NCBI GenBank assembly: GCA_038087875.1
Contig: JAXLNO010000509.1
Span: 1-33,680 of the forward strand
Direction: 5' to 3'
Source of the DNA: Malacoraja senta
Lineage: Eukaryota
Length of the DNA: 33,680 nucleotides
A model generated the notes under the pieces. The model had not been told where the DNA came from, made no database searches, and saw nothing but the letters and a program-made list of their open reading frames with translations. Positions 1 through 11,386 of the stretch are shown here, one piece after another; the stretch's first letter is position 1; each line of letters starts with the position of its first letter. The translations under genes were made by a program, and so were the position numbers.

Positions 1-93
1 CCGGGGAGGGAAGTAGTTCGGGTGGCTGCGAGCGGCTGCTGGGACCGGACAGCGGAACTGGCTGCCACCTCAGTGCCTTCTGCCAGCCCGCTC

Positions 94-452
94 TGGTTCT
101 GGTTCTAGTTGATTACTGCGCAAACACCTCATCAGTGGTTATCTTGCGCAGGTCGAAGTGAGTAGAGTAGTGATTACATTTTGAAGTTGGCCTTTTTGAC
201 CAAGTTGAGGAGATCTAGATGCTCAATCCCCTTTTTAAATGACAACATCGGGAGCAGCACGTGTGTTGGGTGGCAACCTATTCCATTCCCTTATCGTCCT
301 TGGGTAAAGGGAATATTGGTAGCAACGTTTATTGAAATTTAGCGAGTTGATGATGTAGGGACCGTTATTTTGTCTTTTCATGGCAGTTGGTGCTCTGGGA
401 TGACGGGAGATTTAATGGCGTGATTTTGTGAATCTCCTTGTAAATTGCAATT
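94..452 (-). mobile_element. 5'-truncated CR1/L2-group LINE 3' fragment
   Basis: The minus strand reads ...CYQYSLYPRTIREWNRLP..., a typical ORF2 C-terminus. (AGAACC)n tail at 94-106, GCTC on both sides, and it interrupts one arm of the palindrome. Confidence 0.7.
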
Positions 453-1350
453 GCTCACATCTGGCAGTGCTCTCCGTCTGAACATCTCTCACCTGCCGCT
501 CGCCGGCCTCGCTCATGTCAGCCGCTTCCCGCAAATCCTTAAATTCTGACAGCCGAGTAACCTCAATTGGTCCCTTGACCGCGCTGTCGGAATTTAAGGA
601 TTTGCGGGAAGCGGCTGACAAGAGTGAGGCCGGTGAGCATCAGGAGAGAGGTTTTCAGATGGAGAGCACTGCCAGAGGTGAGCGGGCTGGCAGAAGGAGC
701 TGAGGTGGCAGCCGGTTCCGCTGTCCGGTCCCGCCGGCCACTCGCAGCCACCCGAGCTACTTCGCTCCCCGGCCACCATGCGGTGGCTCCGCGCCCGGAA
801 CGCCGCGGCAAGTGAGTTGCTGGCATGATCCCCGACCCCCTCCTTCTCAACGCTCCTGCCCTCCACGCAACTTTACACCAGGCCAGACTACCCACACGTT
901 GTGAAAGGAACTGTCCCCCCCTGCAGCGGCGCTGTCCTTTTACAGCCGCTTCCCATGAGCTGCCAGCAATGAGGGATAGACTAGGCTATCCTTCAGTACA
1001 ACAACGTCGTTCTTGATGTTGCTGTACTGTGGGATAGCCAAGTCTATCTTTCTTGGCTAACAATCTAACGTTCGGCCTCAAAAACGCAGGTACATTTTCG
1101 TGCCTTATTTTTGGGTGAAAAACAGTAAAATTAAACGAGAAGTTACCAGTTTGAAGTTTGATCTGTATTTTATGAGGAGTTACGTTGGTGATTACGTGAA
1201 GAAGACCCGTCAGGGCGCCTGCGCGTCAATCTTCAAAGCAGCAGTGTGAAATCACAAACAACAAGAACAAAGTAATATAGTAACACAGTAAAAACGAGTA
1301 AATTTAGAACTTCCATCTGACGTTTATGAAAGAGGGTTGGGCGTGGTGGG

Positions 1351-1462
1351 CACGTAATCACCAACGTAACTCCTCATAAAATAAAGATCAAACTTCAAAC
1401 TGGTAAGTTCTCATTTAATCTTACTATTTTACTTCGGAGTCACGTGAGTGACTACGTGAAGA
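1351..1462. repeat. DIRS internal complementary region (ICR), element 1
   Basis: 1351-1425 is the reverse complement of 1124-1198, and 1426-1462 is the reverse complement of 5902-5938. Confidence 0.92.
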
Positions 1463-1679
1463 TTTTAAAGCTTTGTGATTTCATGCCGCAGATACAAATC
1501 CCGGCTTCTCAGTGCATTGATTGACTCGGAACGAGAAATGATCAATAATGCATTAATAATGACATTTGCATGACAAATGCAGTAATTCATTTATTTGAAT
1601 AATAGAATTAACAGTATCCCCTTTAACCCAGGGGAATGTAACCAGAACTTAATATAGTATCTGCAAACAGCCCCGTATT

Positions 1680-4460
1680 GGCAATAGGCCGATGGTAAAA
1701 GTGTTGAAACACCAACTTATTAGATCACCCGACGGCTGCGAAAATATGGTCGACGGGACGTCCTTCGCCATGGCCGCCAATGTTGCTGCTAAATTGAATG
1801 GGATGTAAAAACATCACTGTTCACACCTGCAGCAAACAAGACTTGTTTTAACCATCTTGAAATAGTCTGAACTGACACTATCTTGTATGGTTTTTCATGA
1901 ATGATAAACAATCTTGTTTTCATATTTCATAAGTCCTTTGTAGCCTCAATGTATTGCCACAAATATGTCTTCACACATAGACATGGATCCATGGAATATG
2001 CTAATAAAACACTCTTGAATCCTGTCACACCTGACCCTACTTCATTTGAGTAGGTCATAAAATGTAAAACATAACATAATCCTGAGGTACTTCCATCCTG
2101 TGTATCTGTAACTTTTTGTAATGTCTGCACTCTCTGTGCTTGTTACAAGTGCCATAAGCATGACTACCTTCATGCTAAAACTTGGCCAAATCAGAATCAT
2201 ACCAAGAGTCCATTGATGAAGTAGCTTAAAACCACTCTATATTCCAGATTGCCATACCTAGGTTTAGAAAGTCTGGAATTAAAATTCCTTTCATTAATCT
2301 GGAAATGAGAGAACGAGACTCAACAGGATGTCTTTCCGACCTCATCAATAAAAAATGAGGACAATGTACTTCTGGCTGAATAAATCGCACTATAACTCAA
2401 CCCCTCAAATAGAGTGTTTGAGAAAACCTAAGACATTTGAGACATGTGGCGTACAACATTCCATATTCTTTTGTACACAGAAATTTCCCCCCATTCTTTA
2501 CATAATGGGGAAAGCAGCATTTACAGAGTCACAACCTCAGATTCGCAAATGTACTGCTTTTGAGTGCTCTTCCGCCAGACTGCTGTAAGCATGTCCACAG
2601 TATGCCCAGACAATCCTCTTTTTAAAACCTGCAAATTAACAGATCCATACAGGCATATAACGGATGTTACTCTCCAATTATCAGATACACCAGTAAATCC
2701 CTTCTTTAGGTAACCTTTATCAAACTGTGTCATTAATTCCAATATCAAAGGGAACCATGGCTGCGTAGACCAGTCCGGTACCACCAGTACCCCAGAGGCA
2801 GCATCCTGCTTCATTTTAAGCAGACACCGGTTTATGAGACAGAATGATGGAAAATGCATATAAAAACATACCACCCTAATGTAGCGAGAAAACATCAATC
2901 GCTACTGTCTCCCGATGTAGTTCCCATAACACATATCTCTGTAACTGGTGATTGAGTCTGGATGGAAACAAGTCATATCTGGCTTCCCAAATCTGACTAC
3001 TATATCATTAAAATCTTAAGATTAAACATCCATTCTTTGTTATCATGGAAATTCCCATAACCTGGTGTCTGCTACTATCTTGAATCTACCTGGTAGATAA
3101 ATAGCTGAAACCAAATATTTGTCAACACACCAAGTCCAGATTTGATTAGCCAATTTGTCACATGACACCAACTTAATTCCACCCATACAATGAATACATG
3201 CCATTGCTGTAGTATTGTTAATTTGAAGCTGAACATGCAGATTAATTGTATTAGCAACAAGCTTGGAGCTCATAAACCTTCCAATAGCTGTAAAACGTCA
3301 ATTCTCCATGTCTGCAAATATAATGCCTCTTCCATATTCCATCTGTCCACAGATGGATACCATCTCAGTGGCACCAGTCCTAGTGTACTGACATCAGTCT
3401 GTAAGACCATGGAAAGCTGTTCAATCAGTATCTTTCTTGAACTACTGGAGACATGTTAAATCCACCACTGCAAATCAGAAGCAGCATTTGTTGTTTAACT
3501 GCATGGCCTATCAAAAATGGCCGCCATGCATCTTAGTGCCTTTTCTTTTTGCTGTCTGTAGCTGCTGGTAGTACAATGGCCCATATTGTTTTGCAGGAAA
3601 TGGCCCATATTGTTTTGCTGGCCACCTGTCTTAATTGAAGATTGTTGCTTTTTCAACAGCTTAATGCAACCATCAATCAGCTCTACCCTTTACCCTGGGT
3701 AAAATTACTACCATGTCAATTGAATCAATTGTGAAATTAAAATAATCAATTGTTGTAAGTGGCGTTAACCTTGGTTTCTCTGGATGAATTAAACCCAAAA
3801 CTTTCAAAAGTGGATTGAACAATTGAGAGAGATAACTCACTAATTCTCTTGTTCGTCTTAATTAGGACATCATTCAGTTAAGCCATCAACATCTGTCCTT
3901 GGACTCTAATTTGCCCCAAAAATTGGTTTTACCAATTTAGTGAAATTCTAGGAACTGAAGTTAACCCATTAGACAGAACTTTGAATTGCCATAATTGTTC
4001 ATTCAGATAAATTTCAAATATTTTTATCTTACAAATGAACATTAAATAATATACATCTTTCAGATCTATAGGTGCCATATAACATTTTTTGAAATAAGTT
4101 GTTTGGCAGTCTCAAAGTCTCCATTTTGAAGTGTCTATACTTCACAAAATTTTAAAGACTTGTCAGATCTAAAATACTCCTCACCTTTTTAGGTCGAGAA
4201 AATTTAAACACAATTTGGTGGTTTTGATAAACCAACCTTTCAATTACTTGTTTATAAACAAGTTTTCAAATTCAGCTTGAACCTCCATCACTTCCTTTTG
4301 TGAAATTGGAGTGTTCTGCTTGGAACATGCTGGATGGCAAATCACTATTTGGATCGAATCAATTCGAAACCTTTGAATAATACTAAGAATAATAAATTTG
4401 AAGTAATTTGCTTCCAATATTTGGCTGTTTTTGCCTTAATCTGTTCCCATGAGAACCAGG
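1680..4460 (-). pseudogene. Frameshifted RT/RNase H/MT and tyrosine recombinase ORFs of DIRS element 1
   Basis: ORF-track fragments 1927..2130, 2521..2898 and 3043..3273 carry YR, MT and RNase H motifs, broken by many stops and indels. Confidence 0.85.
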
Positions 4461-6240
4461 TCCACCTACCTCCTTTGTCACCTGAGTGACCTGTGGTCCC
4501 TGGCTCCTGGCAGGAAAAACCCACGCTTTTTCATGTTCCCGCTGCAGGACACCAACTGTGCCCCTGCTTCAATGGTCGACTTGTTCCTGGTGTAGGCCCA
4601 GGATTTTGTATGATGTCTGAAAGGATACTTCCTCTTCACAGACTTGCCGACCATTGATGTTTTGATCAACCTTGCTGTTTTTGCCTCATCATCCAACTCT
4701 TTCCCACGTTTCGTGAGGTTTTTTCTCTGAAGAGTAAGTTGAATGACTGCACATTGCTGGGCTTTACAGAGTTGCTACAACTTGGGGTTGATGGTGGGCC
4801 GAATGGCATACTTCCTGAAACAATTCATCTCGAAGTGGGCGCTACATAGCAACCCTAGTGCCACTTGATGCATCTCCATCCCTGGCCTCCATCCATTGTT
4901 CTTGCAAAAATGCAATTGTTCCTCAACCCAGCAGCTTCAATATTCTCTGCAGTTTACTTTTCTTAGGTTCACATGCCCTCGCCCATCTGACCCCTTATAT
5001 CTTGGTTTACTGCTAGTACTTTGAGCAATACGCAGTTCCTTGGGGTCTCGTGCTTTTGTTGGCATTTTCATCCATCATAAGCTACTGGAGCTGATGGAAG
5101 ACACAATAGTTGATCGTAGAGGCCACTTCCTCTCCCAGTGGATCTCCTGACTCTGACGGGGCAGCGAATCGTACTGCCAGGAGTAAAACATCTGGCAGCT
5201 GCTGTCTTCGCTTGTATCGGCCTCACCGTCAGACTCAGGGTCAGAACTCTCACAGAGCAGCGAATCATACTGCCAGAAATAGAACATCTGGCAGCTGCCG
5301 TCTTCGCTTGTATCAGAAAACTCTGCTGACCCTGTGCACGCGCCTCATCAATGAGGGTGCTCTCAAACAGCCCTTTGCTAGGTGCTGCTGACCTGGCTTC
5401 TGGAGCCTGGCTTTAGCTACACTCTTCCCTGAGTGTGCTTTGCTCGAGTAACCTGTAACAGGCTCTCCATTTGAAAAATCTGCTCAACAGCGGTATCCAG
5501 CCCTGGAGTCGAATCCTCCTGATCAAACTCCTCCTCCGTGGGCCTGACGGACTTGAACTTAGCCTTGCGCCCCACTGGCGCTGACTGTATTCTTTTAAGA
5601 CCCAAGTCCACAGTCTCTACGCTGCCAGCCGGCGACTGTACAGGGGTCTGAGGCAGTTGTTCGCCGACCGCAATCTTGCGACTTTCCACCGGCTTTGCCT
5701 CTCGCCTCTTCCCCTTGCCCGTTTTTTCCATGGTGCCTGTGGAAAAAATCCCCACAGACCCACAGCAAACGGACCCGGAAACTTCTGAAAAAAAATTCTT
5801 ACCTTGTAGTTCAAAACTATATTTCCACTAGAGGAGCGCTCCTCACGTCCGTTCGCGCCAATGCGTCTGACGTAATGACGCGCAGGCGCCCTGACGGGTC
5901 TTCTTCACGTAGTCACTCACGTGACTCCGAAGTAAAATAGCATCTTCATTGCCGGGAAATTCGGTATTTAAAAACATATAGCACCAAGAAATTTACTTAC
6001 CATATTATTGGTACACGAAGTCCATTCTTCTCTCTTTATTTCCTAAGATACTCAATATAATGACAATCCATGTTTGAAAAACCCGCCAAGAAACTTGTGC
6101 TGCGCATGCGCAGTCCACGGTGCAAAGGCAGAATTTCAGCAGCCTTCAGCACTCCTTGTCATTGAAGGCTTGAAGCAGCGTCGACGGCAAGTGAGCTGCA
6201 CACACTTTCGCTTATTACATGTACTGCGGATGAAAGGCAT

Positions 6241-6377
6241 GGAGAATTATGCCTACCTAAGAGATCGGTCTCTTAGGTAGGCATAATTCTCCTACACCTT
6301 TACTATTTATATTTAATAATTACCATTTTATTATTTTAGTCAGGGTAGGCAGTGCCTACCCTGATGGCACGTACCTG
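6241..6377. mobile_element. Right end of a probable hAT-like element with hairpins
   Basis: Perfect 24-bp-arm inverted repeat at 6241-6292, hairpin TCAGGGTAGGCA-G-TGCCTACCCTGA at 6340-6364, and terminal GGCACGTACCTG abutting RTE sequence. Confidence 0.45.
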
Positions 6378-6833
6378 GCCTGAGTTGTGCCTGCGGAGCC
6401 CAGGGCCGGCCTTAGGAGGTGTGGGGCCCAATTGGGAACAATTTTGGTGAGCCCCATGTTCCCAGCCAAGGTCTGTAGAATCATAGAAATACAAATAAAG
6501 TCTATTATAGACTATATCTCTATGGTGGAATGGAAAGTAATCAAAATGTGCGCTTAAAAAGTGCCTGCGAGTTAATGGACCACACAGATCAGAGCTACAT
6601 TTTAATATAAAATTGCATATATGTAAGCCTAGAAGTAACAAACAAAATGTGTGGATCACCTCTGAAAAGTACATAGTTGCAATACCACTTGTTTTAGTGA
6701 CTGTGAAATGAAAAAAATAATAATTTAATTAACTAGAGCCTGGAAAACCAATAACCATTGGTGAAAAAACAGTCCATGCATTAAATTTTGGGCTTCAGCC
6801 CCATCCTACCCTTTGGGCTTCTACCCCATCTAA

Positions 6834-7120
6834 ACTTAGTTGTGTGTGTGTGTGCTTGCGTGTCTTAGTTGTGTGTGTTAGTTGTCTGTGCATGATGTGT
6901 GTGTGTTAGTTGTCTGTGCATTATGTGTGTGTGTGTGGGAGGGAAGGGAGGGAGGAGAGAAGGGAGTGAGGGAAGTAGAGAAATAAGGGAGGGAGGGAAA
7001 GAGAGGAAGATGGAAGGGAGGGAAGGGGAGAAGGGAAAAGTGAGAGGAAGGATGGAGGGAAGGAGAGAAGGGAGGGAAGAAGGGAAGGGAGGCAGGGAAG
7101 GAGAGAAGGGAGGGAGAGGG
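6834..7120. repeat. (TG)n microsatellite plus GA-rich low-complexity tract
   Basis: Directly visible in the sequence. Confidence 0.9.
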
Positions 7121-7454
7121 CCGGCGGCGGGAACGGATGCTGGGGTCCAGGCGTGAGCTGAGGCTAAGGTTTGTAAACGTTGCTCCAACCTCCGGCCCGG
7201 CCCGGCCCGGCCCTCCCTGTATTGTTCACCGCGTCTTCCCGGGGAGAGAGAGGGGGGAGCCGGGGCTGTGTGCGTGAAGCACGGCGACTAGAGGGACGTG
7301 AGCGCTGCCCCTGGACCATGTGGGCACCTCCCCCTTCTCCATTCCGCCTCAAACCCCCCTCCCCGTCTCCCCTTTTCTTCCCCCTCTACTCCCCCCACAC
7401 CCCCCCCCCACCACCACCCGGGGTAGATCTACCAGAGCCGAGAGTAGATTACTC

Positions 7455-8485
7455 CAAAGCAACGCTGAGAGATTAAAGGATAGACAAAAATGCAGCGGGT
7501 CGGGCGGCATTTCTGGACAAAAGGAATAGGTGACATTTCGGGTTGAGACCCGTCAGGAGATAGAGGAACTCAAACCATCGTTCCACCCCCCCCCCCCCTC
7601 CCCTCCCCCAACTTCCCTCCGACACGGAACGATTGCCGGCCCCACTTTTTTTGGGTAAACATCTATTTCCTTCGGGTTTTTTTAAATTCCCTCTTACCAT
7701 TTCCGTACTTTTTCGATAGCTGCCATGACCCGTTATATGTCATCCTTCGCCATGCTCCTCATAGCTGCTCCTGGTCTCGGACCGCACCGATCTCATCTGC
7801 CGGACATGCTTGTGTGTGTTTGTTTGTGTGTTTGTTTGGCGGAGTCTGAGGGGAGAAGCGCCGGCACCAAAAGCGAGCGAACGCGCGGACAGACGGACGA
7901 AAGCAACGATCAAAGAGCGGAATAGGTGACCAAAGATCTTTGTAGGTGACATTTCGGGTCGAGAACCTTCTTCAGACTGAGTCAGGGGAAAGAGGAGCAA
8001 GAGATATAGACGGTACTAAGGACAAATGAATGGAAGATATGCCTATATCTCCCGTTTCCCTTTCCCTTGACTGTCAGTCTGAAGAAGGGCCTCTACCCGA
8101 AATGTCCGTCTTTCCGCGCGTTCGCTCGCTCTTGGTGCCGGGGCTTCTCCCCTCATGGCAGCAATTGAAAAAGTCGACCCGAAATATCACCTAGTCCTCT
8201 CCAGAGATGCTGCCTGATCTGCTGATTTACTCCAGCCTTTTGTGTCTGTCTTCGGTTTAACCCAGCATCTGCAGTTCCTCCCTGTACAAGGTATAAAAAG
8301 AACATTTTAAAAAACATTTAAAACATTTAAAAACACATAAACTGTTCCCACGCAACGCTGCGAGAGGCATAACTGAAGTCGGGTCGGGGTTACTGAAATG
8401 ACGGAAGTTACGCTCCGGTGCGTACTACAAGTCAGTCCATTGTATTTTGCAGGAGTGGACCATCTTGCGAGCTATAAGATCTTTG
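7455..8485. mobile_element. Composite palindromic insertion inside the hAT, with Penelope-type repeat pieces
   Basis: Ends CAAAG...CTTTG flanked by CTC/CTC. Internal inverted arms at 7848-7897 vs 8104-8154 and about 7947-8020 vs 8043-8106. Confidence 0.5.
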
Positions 8486-10559
8486 CTCCAATTGACTACT
8501 CTAGCGCGGGGCCCCCTTAGCTGCGGTGCACAAGTTGTGTGGATCGTGGATCGGCCTCTACAGACATCGGTCCAATCGGCTTAAGGCCGGCCCTGGCGGA
8601 GCCTACGCCAGACTCAGGCAAAGAGTATTTGAAGACCGAGACCTAAAGGCTCAAACAAAACTGCTGGTCTACATAGCCATTGGCCTATCCACCCTGTTGT
8701 ATGGAGCCGAGTCATGGACTACCTACAGCAGGCACCTGAGAGCCCCGGAACAATACCATCAAAGATCTTTACGAAAGATTCTGAGGATCAGCTGGGAGGA
8801 CAAACGCACCAACATCAGCGTTTTGGAGGAAGCCAACATGACCAGCATCACCACCACAATAATGCAGCACCAACTTCGATGGACTGGCCATGTCATCCGC
8901 ATGTCCAACACACGTCTTCCTAAACAGATCCTGTACTCTCAACTGAAGGAAGGATGGCGTGCCCCCGGCGGGCCAAAGGAACGTTTCAAGGACAACATCA
9001 AGAACAGTTTGAAGAAATTCCACATCACATCGAGCAACTGGGAGCACATTGCACTGGACAGGCACTCCTAGAGGAAATCCGCGCATGAAGGAGCTGCACG
9101 TCATGAAACGGAGCTACGCCGTGTCGCAGAGACGAAGCAACAGCACCGTAACGAGAGAGAAAAGGGGGCCCGAGGACTAGCAAACCACCGCCAGTCTCCA
9201 CTGCCCACGTTGCAACAAGTTGTGTGGATCGTGGATCGGCCTCTACAGACATCTGCAGACCCACAAGTACACAACCCTATGGAGAGGAGAGGACAGTCAT
9301 ACTCGTTTTGAGTGACCAGTGTTGATGTGATGATTGAAGATATTAACAATTCACAGTAAAACTTTTGAGCATAAAATTTAATAATTGGTTATATTCCAGT
9401 CATAAGAAATGAAAAGCTGTAGAAGTGTAACTATTGGCAAAGACACAGAGTGACCATGAAGGGGATCAGAGAGCTTTCTTCATCCATTTAAGAATCTTGA
9501 CTTGAAATAATAGTGGTGTTTATTGGTTAAGTGTTTGATTGTTAACTCTCTTCCTGGCAAGACAAATATTCACAGCTGGGTTGGCGAGCAGTCTCTGAAC
9601 CAACTGCGATGGATTGCCTGAGTTATTGAAGGCTAACGCCAAAACAGTTCAGAGATACAGATAAAGTTAAAAACGTATCCTGTGATGGAAGGAAATGCTT
9701 TGAATTTTTATCGGAAGGACTTCCAAAATCAAAGTACCAGTCCCTTGTACTGTATGTGGAAAGTCTAGGTGAAGCCTGAGCATGTTAAACCTTTATGATT
9801 GGTCTGCCTTTCATGTAATCTATTCTTTTTTAGTGGAATATATTTTGTACAATATTCTGTGCTGATGTATACAATGTCCATTTTATTCCTCTGTTTACAT
9901 GTCCCATTTATTGTCTGAGTGTACATTGTTCCCTGTTTCTATATGTATAGTATCTTCCTGGATATTATGACTGAACAATATGCTCAGGCTCTATATATAA
10001 TTCCCTTACCTTTGACTGTGTGTCCCTAAATCATTCAATGACCATGAATAATACACCACCCTGTGAGTTTGTGTGCTGATTCTGTACCTACACAGTACTT
10101 TACCTTATGGCTCTGTCCTGTCCTGACAATATACTGTCCTGTGAGTCTATAACACTTTTGTGACTGTATGTATCGGGGTGCATCATAGGTGTAATACATG
10201 GACTGCGTGTGTTGCATCCACCCTTTCTGTGCGTAACACTCAGACGCTTGTGCATACATCAACAATGCCCCACTGTGACTGCGTGTACTGTACCTCTGCT
10301 TACTGTATGTATAATGCTCAGCTGTAACTGTGAGTCTGTACTGTAGCACCCCCGATGGCTATTTGTATCGAAGCCCATAATGTGACTTTCTGTATGGTAT
10401 CCTAATCTGTGAATGTCTGCATATACTCTTCCACGCTGTGACTGCCTGCATGATATCTGACCTATGGCTTCCTCTGATAATGAAAATACTACTCCAATGT
10501 TATGTGTACAATGTACCATCCTCTGACTGACTCTGTACAACCTTGAAGCTGTGTCTGCC

Positions 10560-10690
10560 AATATGGAAGAAGGTCTCGACCCAAAACGTCACCCATTCCT
10601 TCTATCCAAAGATGTTGCCCACCCCACTGAGTTACTCCAGCATTTTGTGTTTATCTTCAGTTCATACCAGCATATGCAGTTCCTACACAA
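10560..10690 (+). mobile_element. Penelope-type terminal repeat fragment
   Basis: GAAGAAGGTCTCGACCCAAAACGTCACC...GAGTTACTCCAGCATTTTGTG, the same family as other copies in the window. Confidence 0.65.
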
Positions 10691-11194
10691 TGTGGAAGGA
10701 CATCCTGTGATGGCTGGCCCAGTGACTGACCAGGTAACTGCATCTGACTGCAGTGAGTGTCTCCCACTGTGATTACTCCTGTACAGTCACCTGTCCCCAT
10801 ACCCACCCTGCAACTCCCCTCTCCTGTCCCTCCCCACCCCTGTGTCACCCACCTGGACAGGATCACACTCTGTAGCTCTAAACCATTCAATCCTATGATT
10901 TTTATACACAACAAAGCGACTAATTGTGCAGTGTCTTATTTTGTGATTATCAGTGAAATGTATGCCACTCTGTGACTGTGTACAGTATCACATCCTATGT
11001 CTATGTACAATATTCCACCTCGTGACTGATTTGATACAATATTCCATTTCATGATTGATTGGGTGCTGTAGCACACCACATGAATATCTGTTCACAATAT
11101 TCCACCTGTGATCACCTGTGTACAATGTTCCACCAGTATCTGTGCACAGCATCCCATGCTGTGAAGCTTGTATAAAGTATTCCATCTGATGACT

Positions 11195-11386
11195 ATGTAG
11201 GAAGGAACTGCAGATGCTGGTTTACACCGAAGATAGATACAAAATGCTGGAGTAACAGTGGGACAGGCAGCATCTCTGGAGAGAAGGAATGGGTGACGTT
11301 TCGGGTCTCAACCCGAAACGTCACCCATTCCTTCTCTCCAGAGATGTGCCTGTCCTGCTGAGTTACTCCAGCATTTTGTGTTCATC
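11195..11386. mobile_element. Head-to-head Penelope-type repeat hairpin with 15-bp TSD
   Basis: Inverted arms centred on GGGT-CTCA-ACCC (~11309). TTCCATCTGATGACT at 11180-11194 and 11387-11401. Confidence 0.8.

Larger units (their letters stand above)
1124..5938 (-). mobile_element. DIRS1-type tyrosine-recombinase retrotransposon, full-length but degenerate
   Basis: Inverted termini (1188-1228 vs 5877-5916) and an ICR at 1351-1462 complementary to both ends. Minus-strand remnants: gag (~4480-5755), RT (YMAPIDLKDVYY ~4050-4080; FKVLSNGLTSVPRI ~3945-3990), RNase H (QTDVSTLG; INNTTAMACIHCMGG), MT-like (HFPSFCLI..GVLVVPDWSTQPWFP), YR (RKSTQKQY; LCV..L..YIEAT; FTSHS; FYHRPI). Confidence 0.93.
1..5964. 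mobile_element. Palindromic non-autonomous DNA transposon (Tc1/mariner, Tc2-like end), interrupted by a LINE fragment and a DIRS element; left end outside window
   Basis: 1-93 is the reverse complement of 680-771, and about 453-550 pairs with about 583-683. After the DIRS, the sequence ends CATCTTCATTGCCGGGAAATTCGG|TA, resembling Tc2-type TIRs with a TA target. Confidence 0.5.
6401..8595. mobile_element. Non-autonomous hAT DNA transposon with 8-bp TSD
   Basis: TIR CAGGGCCGGCCTTA ... TAAGGCCGGCCCTG. Perfect TSD GCGGAGCC at 6393-6400 and 8596-8603. No transposase visible. Confidence 0.9.
6378..9340 (+). mobile_element. RTE-clade LINE 3' portion (6378-6400 + 8604-9340), split by the hAT
   Basis: Rejoined it reads LSCACGAYARLRQRVF..TKLLVY..LLYGAESWT..QLRWTGHVIRM..RLPKQILY. 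C-terminal HCPRCNKLCGSWIGLYRHLQTH and a (TGA)n-like tail. Confidence 0.9.

Noticed and set aside
412..703. Two opposite-strand ORFs with the same start MSAASRKSLNSDS
   Set aside because: Consequence of the DNA palindrome.
7725..7925. MTRYMSSFAMLLIAAPG as a signal-peptide first exon
   Set aside because: Lies inside nested transposon sequence and has no convincing phase-0 donor.
8526..9071. 181-aa ORF as a host gene
   Set aside because: Chimera of a templated patch, the hAT TIR and an RTE ORF fragment.
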